Shown: positions 45,184 to 54,134 of the stretch, one piece after another | Layout of the letters: each line of letters starts with the position of its first letter | How positions within the stretch are numbered: position 1 is the first letter of the stretch | Assembly: GCA_012837425.1 (NCBI GenBank) | Contig: DURE01000003.1 | Location: 8,486-72,485, forward strand | Length of the DNA stretch: 64,000 nucleotides | Source of the DNA: Clostridiales bacterium | Lineage (GTDB): Bacteria > Bacillota > Clostridia > Oscillospirales > CAG-272 | Reading direction: 5' to 3' | Translations under genes and position numbers: made by a program | The notes under the pieces: model-generated | The model's database searches: none | What the model was told of the DNA's origin: nothing | Seen by the model: only the letters and a program-made list of their open reading frames with translations

Positions 45184-46461
45184 ATGTTAATCAGCTATTG
45201 CAAAACCGTGGAGCTTATCGGCGAATATGATGTTGCGGTGCTCGGAGGCGGCCCTGCGGGTGTCTGCGCGGCTATCGAGGCGGCGAGATGCGGCCGGAAA
45301 GTGCTGCTTGCCGAAGCTACTGGAATGCTCGGAGGAATGGCAACCGCCGGGCTGGTCGGCCCTTTTATGACCTGCTATGACCGGGACGGAGACGAGCAGA
45401 TAATAAAGGGGCTTTTTGATGAAATTGTCGGCCGTATGGTTGAATTGTCGGGCGCCCTCAGCCCCGACAAAACCGACTCCCCCAGCCGCTGGACCTCATT
45501 TCTGAAAAAATATCATCGGCGTGTGACCCCCTTTGACTCCTTCGTCCTTCAGCTTGTGCTTGACCGGATGGCTCGGGAGGCCGGAGTACATACGCTTCTC
45601 TACACAAAATATGTCGACAGCATTTGCATGGACGGGGGAATCGAGAGCATAATTTTAGCCGTCCCCGAGGGGCTGGTCGCGGCGCGCGCCGAAATTTACA
45701 TCGACTGCACCGGAAATGCCGACGTGGCGGCCGCCTCGGGTGTTGAGACCTGGATTGGCGGCGAGGACGGAGCTCCCCCTCAGCCCGGCACATTGTTCTT
45801 TGAGGTCGACAATGTCGAGGATGTGCGCTATACATCAAGACCGCAAAGGCCGGTCAAGGCCTACCAAAAGCCGCTTGCCGGCAGCTATAAAATCAACCAC
45901 GACCGCGTATACGGGGTTGACGCCACAGACGCCCGGAGCCTGACCGAGGCGCACATGAAGGCCCGCGAGCAGATACTCCAGTCTTACAGGACGCTGCGCT
46001 CCACCCCGGGCTTTGAAAACTGCTCAATAACCCAGGTCGCCCCGGTTCTCGGCGTGCGCGAGAGCAGACATATCAGAGGGCTGTATATGCTGACGGTCCG
46101 GGACCTTGGCGAGGGCAGGATATTTGAGGACGCGGTGGCCTGCTGCGGCTACGGAATGGATGTTCACAGCCGCGACGGGCAGATTAAGGGGGGCTTTCAT
46201 GGCGAGGTGGCCAAGGTTTACACGATACCCTACCGCTGCATGGTTCCGGTCGGCTGCTCGAATCTGCTTGTGGCCGGAAAAACCATCTGCGCCGAGTCTC
46301 AGGCGGCCGGCAGCTTCCGCATAATGCCGGGCTGCATGGCACTCGGCCAGGCAGCGGGGGCGGCCGCGGCGCTTGCCTGCGAGACCGGTGTTCAGCCCGG
46401 GCAGGTTGACACCGGCAAACTCCGCGCGCTGCTGAAGGGCCACGGCGCATATATTATCTGA
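45184..46461 (+). CDS. FAD-dependent oxidoreductase (FAD_oxidored-type)
   Basis: 425 aa. YDVAVLGGGPAGVCAAIEAARCGRKVLLAE dinucleotide fold. C-terminal ...SFRIMPGCMALGQAAGAAAAL. Confidence 0.8.
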   Translation: MLISYCKTVELIGEYDVAVLGGGPAGVCAAIEAARCGRKVLLAEATGMLGGMATAGLVGPFMTCYDRDGDEQIIKGLFDEIVGRMVELSGALSPDKTDSPSRWTSFLKKYHRRVTPFDSFVLQLVLDRMAREAGVHTLLYTKYVDSICMDGGIESIILAVPEGLVAARAEIYIDCTGNADVAAASGVETWIGGEDGAPPQPGTLFFEVDNVEDVRYTSRPQRPVKAYQKPLAGSYKINHDRVYGVDATDARSLTEAHMKAREQILQSYRTLRSTPGFENCSITQVAPVLGVRESRHIRGLYMLTVRDLGEGRIFEDAVACCGYGMDVHSRDGQIKGGFHGEVAKVYTIPYRCMVPVGCSNLLVAGKTICAESQAAGSFRIMPGCMALGQAAGAAAALACETGVQPGQVDTGKLRALLKGHGAYII

Positions 46462-46505
46462 TGGTCTTCGGGATAAAAAACGGGTCTGTCGAAAGAGAGG
46501 TTGTT

Positions 46506-47975
46506 ATGAAAACCCTGCAAAAACTTGTTTGTTTTGTGCTTGTGCTCGGACTTGCGGTAATGCTTCTGCCGGCCTGTACCGACATCGGAGAAGGCGAGGA
46601 GACCACAACTGCGACCGGAATGCAATCCAGCGAGTCTGATACCGGCAGTGAGACCACCGCCCGGAACAGTCTGCCGCCCGGCCTCGATTTCGGAGGCGAG
46701 GAGGTAAAAATTCTTTACTGGAGCGACACCAATAACGAGGAATTCAACATCACGGAGCAGACCGGCTCCCTGATATATGACGCCGTCTGGCGCCGAGATT
46801 TGAAAGTTCAGGAGAGCCTGAATGTCAAATTCAACTGGAACGGTCAGCCCGGAAGCAAGCCGCAGCTCTCGAATTTTCAGCGCTATGTCCAGAACAGCGT
46901 GGCCTCGGGCGACAACAATATCGAGATAATCGCGGTCCACAGCATGGTCATGGGTGCGCTGGCGGCTTCGGGGCTGATGCAGGACCTGCTTGATACGGAA
47001 TACCTCGATTTCGAGATGCCCTGGTGGCCGGATGACCTGATTGAAAACTCCACCGTGCGGGGCCGGCTGTATTTTGCCTCGGGCGACATCTCGCTCAACA
47101 CGCTGCTCGGGATGATAGGGCTGTTTTTCAACAAGGAAATGGCGCAAAACGACCTTTATTCCTATGTAGACGCCGGCACCTGGACGCTTGACAGAATGCT
47201 GGCCGAGAGCGAGAACGTCTATATCGACAATAACGGAAGCCAGACCAAGGACAAAGACGATATATACGCTTATGTTACCTATTCGGGAATGATAAACCCC
47301 CTGTTTGTCGGCTCGGGGATTCGCTTTGTGACCAAGACCCCGGACGGGGATATTGCGATGTCAGAAACCTATGCCTCCGAAAAAACACAAGGGTTGCTCC
47401 AGAAGGTGATATATAACCTTTACGACAAAAACGACTGGATCTATTTTCCGAGAATCGATGACTGCACCGAGGTGTTCGTCGAGGGAAGGTCGCTGTTCTA
47501 CATGGCCTCGGTGCGCCTGACCATCAACTCGCTGATACACGCCGAAAACCTAAAGTACGGAATCCTGCCAAATCCGAAATACAACGAGGAGCAACAGTCT
47601 TATCACACCCTCATGGCCAACACATATTCGATGTACGGGATATGTATATCGGTGCTCGAGACCGATATGCAGAGCGCGGTAATTGAGGCTATGGCCTGCG
47701 AGGGCTATTACGAGGTCACCCCGGCGGTGTTTGAGACGGCGCTGAAGGTGCGCTACTCGAATGACGACAACGACTCGCGCATGTTTGACATACTCAGAGA
47801 AACCTCCGTAATGGAAATCGGCCTGATTTTCAGCGACCAGCTGGGCATGATTCCCAGCACCGGGCTTTTCGGCCGCGTAAACAACCGGAGCTCAGACTGG
47901 ATATCCTATATCAAGTCTCAGGAAAAAAGCCTGAACAACTACCTGAAAATTTTGAACGCCTCGTTTAGCAAATGA
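46506..47975 (+). CDS. Extracellular solute-binding lipoprotein (ABC-type), no cognate permease or ATPase nearby
   Basis: ORF 46461..47975. ATG 46506 follows AAAGAGAGG. MKTLQKLVCFVLVLGLAVMLLPAC lipobox. About 490 aa, typical of large sugar-binding SBPs. Confidence 0.7.
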   Translation: MKTLQKLVCFVLVLGLAVMLLPACTDIGEGEETTTATGMQSSESDTGSETTARNSLPPGLDFGGEEVKILYWSDTNNEEFNITEQTGSLIYDAVWRRDLKVQESLNVKFNWNGQPGSKPQLSNFQRYVQNSVASGDNNIEIIAVHSMVMGALAASGLMQDLLDTEYLDFEMPWWPDDLIENSTVRGRLYFASGDISLNTLLGMIGLFFNKEMAQNDLYSYVDAGTWTLDRMLAESENVYIDNNGSQTKDKDDIYAYVTYSGMINPLFVGSGIRFVTKTPDGDIAMSETYASEKTQGLLQKVIYNLYDKNDWIYFPRIDDCTEVFVEGRSLFYMASVRLTINSLIHAENLKYGILPNPKYNEEQQSYHTLMANTYSMYGICISVLETDMQSAVIEAMACEGYYEVTPAVFETALKVRYSNDDNDSRMFDILRETSVMEIGLIFSDQLGMIPSTGLFGRVNNRSSDWISYIKSQEKSLNNYLKILNASFSK

Positions 47976-48011
47976 CATGCAACCGAAATAAACAGATAAA
48001 GGAGAAAAGCC

Positions 48012-49448
48012 ATGAAAAGGTCAGTTCTGGCAATACTTTTGGCGGTTATTCTCATGCCCTCGCTCTATACTTTTGCAGCCGGGGCGGCAGCCGAAGTGAG
48101 CGTGTGGGACGGGACCCCGGGCACATCATTTGGACAAGGCTCGGGCACCGAGGCCGACCCCTATGTCATAACCAAGGCATCCGAGCTTGATTATCTTGCA
48201 ACGGCATGCATGAGCGGAGAGACCTTTGCCGACAAATACATAAAACTCGGCGTCAACGTCGACTGGGGCGGCAGGGAGTGGACCTCGATAGGATACACGA
48301 CCTCGGCGGTATTCAGCGGAAATTTTGACGGCAACGGAAAGACTATATTCAACATCACCTGCACCGACGTGACTGTGGGCATCTTCGGCTACGCCACAAA
48401 CGCAACTATCAAAAACCTCAATGTCGATTATGCGACCTTTACCACCAACACCCGATATGCCGGCGCCATCGTCGGGCTTATGCGCGGGTGCGTGGTCTCA
48501 AACTGCTCGGCCGGCGAAAACACCAAAATCGCCACCAACGACAGCATGTCAAACACCGCCCAGATAGGCGGCCTGTTCGGGCTGGTCAACAGCAGCTATG
48601 TCGACAACTGCACATTTTACGGCGAAGTGGTGGCCACCTCGATAATCGGCACATCCTTTGTCGGGGGCATTGCCGGGGTTATAGGAAATGTCTCGGAGGT
48701 CAGTTATTGCATCAACTACGGCAGGGTGACCGTGACAAACCCCAGCACCGCAGCCGGCTCTTATGCCCATGCCGGGGGAATAACCGGCGGCATAGGCTCA
48801 AGCAGCGCGGTCGGCAGCATTGCAAACTGTATAAACAAGGGCAATATTACGGCAATTGAATATGCCGGCGGCGTGCTCGGGCGCGTTCATGTCGAAGGCA
48901 GCACTATGACCGACTGTTTCAGCATCGGAGATGTCACGGCAAACCAGGGCTTTGCCGGCGCTGTTGTGGGGTATGTAGCAAAATCGGGCGAGCTTTCGGG
49001 TAGCTATGGGATAATATCCGCCGCCGCTGACAGTCCGTTTGCGGCGGTCAACGAGGGCATAACTATTCCGTCCGACGCGCTCAGAGTTGCCACGGTGGCC
49101 GAAATCGAGGCGCTTGAGACCTACAAAAAAATAGAAAAATCGGTGGCCGAAAACCTTCCGGTGTTCGACCTTTTGGTTCCGACCCTGCCGTCCGAGACCA
49201 CGGCGCCCCCGGTTGAGACCACCGCCCCACCGTCCGGGACTACAGCACCCCCGGCCGGGACCACTGAGCCTCCGGCAGAAACCACGGCACCCCAGGCCGG
49301 GACCACATCTCCGGTTGACACCACCGGCGCCGACGGAACAACCGAGCCTGCCAAGAGCGGCGGCTGCAAGAGCGTACTCGGCGGCAGCGTCCTTGTAGTT
49401 GCGGCAATTATATCACTTGCGGTTGTCGGAAAGAAAAAAGAAAACTGA
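48012..49448 (+). CDS. GLUG-motif surface protein with T/P-rich stalk and C-terminal TM anchor
   Basis: 478 aa. Signal peptide, then repeated ..GGLFG/GGIAG/GGITGG/GGVLG.. motifs. (ETTAPPx) 7-aa repeats. Ends LGGSVLVVAAIISLAVVGKKKEN. Confidence 0.7.
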   Translation: MKRSVLAILLAVILMPSLYTFAAGAAAEVSVWDGTPGTSFGQGSGTEADPYVITKASELDYLATACMSGETFADKYIKLGVNVDWGGREWTSIGYTTSAVFSGNFDGNGKTIFNITCTDVTVGIFGYATNATIKNLNVDYATFTTNTRYAGAIVGLMRGCVVSNCSAGENTKIATNDSMSNTAQIGGLFGLVNSSYVDNCTFYGEVVATSIIGTSFVGGIAGVIGNVSEVSYCINYGRVTVTNPSTAAGSYAHAGGITGGIGSSSAVGSIANCINKGNITAIEYAGGVLGRVHVEGSTMTDCFSIGDVTANQGFAGAVVGYVAKSGELSGSYGIISAAADSPFAAVNEGITIPSDALRVATVAEIEALETYKKIEKSVAENLPVFDLLVPTLPSETTAPPVETTAPPSGTTAPPAGTTEPPAETTAPQAGTTSPVDTTGADGTTEPAKSGGCKSVLGGSVLVVAAIISLAVVGKKKEN

Positions 49449-49454
49449 GTTTTT

Positions 49455-51572
49455 GTGAAAATATTGGTTAAACCCGCGGCCCTGCTACTGTCTCTGATTT
49501 GGGTTATATTCTGCTTAAATGGCTGTCAGGAGACGGAATCGCCCGGCCGGGACAGCGGCACCGTCCCGGAGGGCACGACCGCCCCGGAGACCGGGTTTGC
49601 GGTCGATGTTTCCCGGTATGTGATAATCCGGCCTGAGAAAGCCTCAGCGGCCTGTATTCAGGCGGCGTCAGAGCTCAAAAAGCAAATAGACGCCCTCGCC
49701 GGCGGCAGCATCGCCATACGCGATGACTGGGTTGCCGACACCTCTGACATACCCGAGGACGCCTGTGAAATTCTTTTAGGCACGACAAATAGGACCGAGT
49801 CTAAGGGCCTTGCCGCCGAGCTTTCCGGCATGAAATATGCGATACGGCTGAGCGGCTTCCGGATTGTCATCTCAGCCTCAAGCGACCAGCTGCTGTCATA
49901 TGCAGTAGATTATTTTGTCGCCGAATATGTGGCCCCAAGTGCGGGGGGCGGGACATTTAAGCTGCCCGAGAACTTCGACTATACAAGTGGCGAGCATAAC
50001 TCGTTGCCGATAGTGGCATCGGGGGTCCCCCAGTACCATATCGTATATCCGGACAGCGCTAATCCCGCTATAAAGCCCGAGTATACTAAGCTCAAAAATG
50101 AAATCGACAAACTCATCGGCAACCAGAGCCAGACAATTGCGACCGACCTCCTCTCAAAAGGCGGCAGCTATGACAGCAGCAAGCCTGAAATTCTGCTCGG
50201 AGGCACCCGGCATGACGAGGTTGCCGAGGCTATGGAGCAGCTCAAAGCCGACGAATACGGGATATTTGCCATCGGCAATAAAATTGTCGTCTGCGGCAGG
50301 ACACGCAGCAGCAGCGTGCTTGCTATCGAGAAGTTTGTCGAGCATTTGAAATCCTCTGTCACGAAGGACGACAAGGGGAAGGTAAGCCTGAGCCTTGTCT
50401 ACGAGCGCCCGCTGATATATAAGAACACAAGCTACAAAACCGACATCCCCGAGTTTGCGTCGGGCAGGCTGTCGGGCGCATATGACTGCGGTGACGGCGT
50501 GCTCGAGATGTATTACACCGGTGTGACGCAGGCAGATTACGATTCCTACTGTGAGGCGGCCGGAAAAGCCGGGTTTTCGCTGACCTATTCGCACACCGCG
50601 GCGTCAAATACCTTCAGGACATATTCGGATGGCAAAACGCGGTTTTTTGCCTCGTATTCGGCCGGGGAGGGCGTGCTCAGACTCATCACCGAGGACGCGG
50701 CAATGACGTCGGCTCCCGTCGAGACGGCCACATATTCGGAGGTGTGCGCGCCCTCGGTCACACAGCTTGCCCTCTCCTACACCAAGGACAACACCAACGG
50801 CATGGGGTATGTGTTGCAGCTCTCGGACGGCAGTTTTGTCATTTATGACGGCGGATTTACCGCCGACGCCGAAAACATACTCAACACGCTGAGTGGGCTC
50901 ACACCCGCCGGAACCACGCCGTATATCAGAGCCTGGATACTGACGCACATGCACGGCGACCATTATCAGGCTTTCGTTGAGTTTGCAAACAACTATGCGT
51001 CACAGATAAAGCTTGACTATGTCGTCCTCAACGTCGCAGACAAATACTACGATGTGGATTACAACATTTATACAAACGGCAAGATTTCGTCGGCGCTGGT
51101 AAAACTGAAAGCCACAAGACTGCTCAAAGTCCATGCCGGCACGGTGCTCCGCTTTGCCGACGCAGAAATTGAAATCCTCTGTACTCACGAGGAGCTTTAT
51201 CCCGGGGTGCTCGGGCTTGAATATACAAACGACACCTCAATTGTCAGCCGCGTGCGCCTCGGCGGGCAAACCATCATCTTCCCGGGGGATATGCAGACGC
51301 TTGAGAGCAACGTACTGGTCTCGATGTACGGCACATATCTCAAGAGCGATTTTGTGCAGATATCCCACCACGGCTCGATAAAGTACCCAGCGACCCTGGA
51401 GTTTTATCAGATGGTTTCCCCGACATGGGCCTTTTTCCCGGGCTCAAAGTCGCGTTATGCCGAGAATGCCGGCACTCCCGAAAACTCATACCTGATAAAA
51501 AGGCTGGGTGCCGGCAATATATTCGTAGCCGACTCGGAAAACAGGACCATATCGTTGCCGTTTGGCAGGTAA
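49455..51572 (+). CDS. Lipoprotein with C-terminal metallo-beta-lactamase-fold hydrolase domain
   Basis: 705 aa, GTG start. LLSLIWVIFCLNGC lipobox. MBL motif ILTHMHGDHYQAF and later ISHHGS. N-terminal part of about 430 aa not recognisable. Confidence 0.7.
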   Translation: MKILVKPAALLLSLIWVIFCLNGCQETESPGRDSGTVPEGTTAPETGFAVDVSRYVIIRPEKASAACIQAASELKKQIDALAGGSIAIRDDWVADTSDIPEDACEILLGTTNRTESKGLAAELSGMKYAIRLSGFRIVISASSDQLLSYAVDYFVAEYVAPSAGGGTFKLPENFDYTSGEHNSLPIVASGVPQYHIVYPDSANPAIKPEYTKLKNEIDKLIGNQSQTIATDLLSKGGSYDSSKPEILLGGTRHDEVAEAMEQLKADEYGIFAIGNKIVVCGRTRSSSVLAIEKFVEHLKSSVTKDDKGKVSLSLVYERPLIYKNTSYKTDIPEFASGRLSGAYDCGDGVLEMYYTGVTQADYDSYCEAAGKAGFSLTYSHTAASNTFRTYSDGKTRFFASYSAGEGVLRLITEDAAMTSAPVETATYSEVCAPSVTQLALSYTKDNTNGMGYVLQLSDGSFVIYDGGFTADAENILNTLSGLTPAGTTPYIRAWILTHMHGDHYQAFVEFANNYASQIKLDYVVLNVADKYYDVDYNIYTNGKISSALVKLKATRLLKVHAGTVLRFADAEIEILCTHEELYPGVLGLEYTNDTSIVSRVRLGGQTIIFPGDMQTLESNVLVSMYGTYLKSDFVQISHHGSIKYPATLEFYQMVSPTWAFFPGSKSRYAENAGTPENSYLIKRLGAGNIFVADSENRTISLPFGR

Positions 51573-51604
51573 AGTAGCGCTGTCAGGCTGACTTCATACC
51601 CGCA

Positions 51605-51635
51605 AAAAAGGCACCCGGTGAGGGTGCCTTTTTTA
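51605..51635 (+). terminator. Rho-independent terminator after the MBL gene
   Basis: AAAAAAGGCACCC ggtga GGGTGCC TTTTTT. Followed by a second GC hairpin, CCCCCCGCTGCCCTGCGGCAACGGGGGG, at 51639-51668. Confidence 0.85.
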
Positions 51636-51730
51636 CCCCCCGCTGCCCTGCGGCAACGGGGGGCTTTCTGGTTTATTGTTATTGTAACAAATTTGTAATA
51701 CAGACAAAAAAGTATTAACAGACTGAAAAG

Positions 51731-51946
51731 CTATCCTGTACCTTCGCTTTTCCCTGTATATTCAAAAAACTTCGTGTTGTAAGCAACAGCAATATTACCA
51801 GTGCGCTTAAGTCTGACAATATAAAACGTATCGCCTTGAAGAGAGGTATAATTAATTCCTTTGCGGCTCATACGGTATGTTTTGCTCCATCTGTAATTGA
51901 CCGAAGGAACCTTATTAAGACAACAATTTGACAAAAGAAGTGACAT
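51731..51946 (-). CDS. Questionable small ORF, possibly a gene fragment
   Basis: 71 aa. No RBS. Lies downstream of a bidirectional terminator. AT-rich islet context. Confidence 0.2.
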   Translation of the reverse strand: MSLLLSNCCLNKVPSVNYRWSKTYRMSRKGINYTSLQGDTFYIVRLKRTGNIAVAYNTKFFEYTGKSEGTG

Positions 51947-51989
51947 CTGATAGAATAACGTTTGATAGCTCGTCGAAGGCGAATTTTAC

Positions 51990-52026
51990 TAAAAAAGCAG
52001 CCACGATTTGCGTGACTGCTTTTTTC
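51990..52026. terminator. Bidirectional terminator in the AT-rich islet
   Basis: AAAAAA GCAGCCACG atttg CGTGACTGC TTTTTT. One mismatch in the stem; U-tracts on both strands. Confidence 0.7.
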
Positions 52027-52117
52027 TGGCTGTTCCGGTCTTAAAAGATGCAGGTGTTTTTTGATTGCTAAAAATCTTATAGCAAGAAAAAAGTGATTCA
52101 AAAAGCTTATGCATTTT

Positions 52118-52557
52118 TTACTTGATTTCTAATGCCGAAACAGCAGAAATAATTGCGTTCCTATTTGTTGCTTCAGCGCAAATAATAGCATAATTACCTT
52201 TTGTTACATCGAATGTAATCGTCATTCCAAATCCGGACAATTCTGCACTCGCTGGTGCATCGCTTTCAAACGCATATATTTCAACTTTTGAATTACTGTA
52301 TTTGTATCCTTCTACAGCGCCAATCATAGTAGCATCCATCTTAGTTTTTGCTCCAACCACCAAAGAATTGGATTCCAAAAATGAGCACAAATCATTTATT
52401 GACGAAATTGACAATTGATCTGACGTTTCAGATGACTGATCTTTTGTTGATTCCGTCGATTGATTTTTGCTTCCTTCGTTGGTTTTCGGTGTATTTTCGC
52501 ATGCACACATTCCAATACAAAGAGCCAATACCAATGCTAAAAACACTATTTTTTCAT
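52118..52557 (-). CDS. Islet lipoprotein; 5' end interrupted (ATG AAA AAA TAG, body in the -1 frame)
   Basis: Track ORF starts at GTG 52546 (VFLALVLALCIGMCAC), 17 nt or more from RBS GAGAGGAG. ATG 52557 is well spaced. A seventh A, or a -1 slip on A6, gives MKKIVFLALVLALCIGMCAC, a canonical lipoprotein signal. Confidence 0.6.
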
Positions 52558-52595
52558 AACAATCTCCTCTCTAATTTTGCTTGTAGTCTTAAATA

Positions 52596-53042
52596 TTAAC
52601 TTAATCGCTTAAATAAGTTAAACGTCTCCAAATTGATTCCATCTGCAATTTGCATATGGAGATTTATTCTTTTGCTATCGCAAATAATAATTTTTCGTTC
52701 AAAAATGCCTAAAAATTCGAATTTCCCGTCTATACGTGCGAACACAAGCCGCTTTTTTTGATATTTATCATCAATCTCTTCACAAATGGGGTTTTCAATA
52801 TTATGGTCTATTTCACAAATTGTCTTTTTATCATTCGATAGTGTATTACTGCAGTTACGCGTTCCGCCGAATACCCCGTTTGGCCTTTCATCGGTTAATG
52901 TGATTGTCGGAAACCACGCAGCAAATTCACCGTTGATATCATACCAAGCTTTCATCCACCCACTGTAGTTTTCGCCAAAGTATTTATTTATGATTTCGTA
53001 AATTCTCAAGGTCGATACATCATCCCCGGAAAACAAATACAT
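52596..53042 (-). CDS. Hypothetical cytoplasmic protein (148 aa), no family recognised
   Basis: MYLFSGDDVSTLRIYEIINKYFGENYSGWMKAWYDING...RLVFARIDGKFEFLGIFE. No TM or signal peptide. First gene of the two-gene operon divergent from the XRE gene. Confidence 0.55.
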   Translation of the reverse strand: MYLFSGDDVSTLRIYEIINKYFGENYSGWMKAWYDINGEFAAWFPTITLTDERPNGVFGGTRNCSNTLSNDKKTICEIDHNIENPICEEIDDKYQKKRLVFARIDGKFEFLGIFERKIIICDSKRINLHMQIADGINLETFNLFKRLS

Positions 53043-53219
53043 CTTTATTTTTCTCCTTCGATGAAAAAAATAGCAGGATCAATGTTGAAAAGACAAGCTC
53101 TTTTTGGTTCGCTTTCTACCTTTAGTCCGCAATTAGTATACCATAGTATTTTAGTTTTGTCAAGTCCTCCTTGTAATCTTGTAATAGTATACAAATAATG
53201 GACTATGGGGGGAATGTTT

Positions 53220-53510
53220 ATGTTTCTAAATGAAAATATACGCTTATTGAGGGAATCCTTAGGTTTAAGTCAAGTTGATTTGGCTAAAAAGTTGAACGTT
53301 TCAAAACAATGCATTTCAAACTGGGAAAACGACAACGTGCAGCCTTCGATAGAAATGTTGGAAAAGCTTTCGGATCTTTTCAAAGTGACTACCGATTATC
53401 TTTTGGGACGAACCGTCAAAGAAAGCATTACGACAGAGAATCTGACGACAGAGCAGATTGCTCACATCCGCTTGATCATTCAGGACTTTCAAAATTGCAA
53501 CAAAAAATAA
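53220..53510 (+). CDS. XRE-family helix-turn-helix transcriptional regulator
   Basis: ORF 53205..53510. ATG 53220 is 6 nt after GGGGGGA. MFLNENIRLLRESLGLSQVDLAKKLNVSKQCISNWENDNVQPSIEMLEKLSDLFKVTTDYLLG. Confidence 0.85.
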   Translation: MFLNENIRLLRESLGLSQVDLAKKLNVSKQCISNWENDNVQPSIEMLEKLSDLFKVTTDYLLGRTVKESITTENLTTEQIAHIRLIIQDFQNCNKK

Positions 53511-53519
53511 TTTATAAAA

Positions 53520-53567
53520 AGGGCGGTTTTTCGAGAGCTTTTCCCTCGAAAAACCGCCCTGAAATGG
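53520..53567 (-). terminator. Long hairpin terminator (U-tract on the minus strand; may also stop the XRE transcript)
   Basis: AGGGCGGTTTTTCGAG agcttttcc CTCGAAAAACCGCCCT. On the minus strand it is followed by TTTTTATAAA. Confidence 0.7.
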
Positions 53568-53667
53568 TCGTCCACCGGTCCGGTTCCGGGTGGAAGGTCG
53601 AAAATGGCGTTTTGCATCTTTTTATTTTTGCGAAAATGCGATTTTTGAAAAAGCGAGGAAAAGCGAG

Positions 53668-53704
53668 AAAAACGAAGAAAACCGGCGAAAATCGCCGGTT
53701 TTCC
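53668..53704 (-). terminator. Rho-independent terminator of the tRNA operon
   Basis: Minus strand GGAAAACCGGCGA ttt TCGCCGGTTTTC TTCGTTTTT, 29 nt after tRNA-Cys. Confidence 0.8.
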
Positions 53705-53732
53705 GTCCTGCATCTTTTTAGACCAGAACACT

Positions 53733-53807
<75 letters not shown>

Positions 53808-53848
53808 ATGAGTGTAAACGGGCACGATTATTGTCGTACCCGTTCTGG

Positions 53849-53924
53849 TGGAGCGGATTACGGGGTTCGAACCCGCTACCTCGACCTTGGCAAGGTCGCG
53901 CTCTACCAAATGAGCTAAATCCGC
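53849..53924 (-). tRNA. tRNA-Gly (GCC)
   Basis: rc: GCGGATTTAGCTCATTTGGTAGAGCGCGACCTTGCCAAGGTCGAGGTAGCGGGTTCGAACCCCGTAATCCGCTCCA. Anticodon loop TTGCCAA. Confidence 0.93.
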
Positions 53925-53940
53925 ACGGCATAACCGCCGC

Positions 53941-54016
53941 TGGTGCCTCCGGTCGGAATCGAACCAACGACACAAGGATTTTCAGTCCTCCGCTCTACCA
54001 ACTGAGCTACAGAGGC
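53941..54016 (-). tRNA. tRNA-Phe (GAA)
   Basis: rc: GCCTCTGTAGCTCAGTTGGTAGAGCGGAGGACTGAAAATCCTTGTGTCGTTGGTTCGATTCCGACCGGAGGCACCA. Confidence 0.93.
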
Positions 54017-54024
54017 AAATTTTA

Positions 54025-54101
54025 TGGCGACCCGGATGGGACTCGAACCCACGACCTCTAGCGTGACAGGCTAGCGTTCTAACCAACTGAACTACCGGGC
54101 C
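54025..54101 (-). tRNA. tRNA-Asp (GTC)
   Basis: rc: GGCCCGGTAGTTCAGTTGGTTAGAACGCTAGCCTGTCACGCTAGAGGTCGTGGGTTCGAGTCCCATCCGGGTCGCCA. Confidence 0.93.
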
Positions 54102-54134
54102 GTATCTTGGCCACCAGTCTGCCCTTTTTTAGGC

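Noticed and set aside
46392-47147. 251-aa minus-strand ORF
   Set aside because: It is antisense to the FAD-oxidoreductase end and the solute-binding protein start, with no motifs or RBS.
49195-49330. Short periodic DNA repeats here and at 41401-41472, considered as a possible CRISPR array or VNTR
   Set aside because: They lie in-frame within coding regions and encode T/P/A-rich stalk repeats (ETTAPPx, TTTAGG). There is no repeat-spacer organisation, and no cas genes occur anywhere in the window.
51600-53732. Search for integrase, att direct repeats or a duplicated tRNA-Cys 3' end that would define the AT-rich islet as an integrated element
   Set aside because: There is no integrase or recombinase ORF. 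The only matches were a 7-nt CACCCGG and a loosely T-arm-like palindrome at about 53566-53592, which are too weak. The 12-bp direct repeat TGCATCTTTTTA (about 53617 and 53709) flanks only terminator DNA, so no mobile-element call is made.
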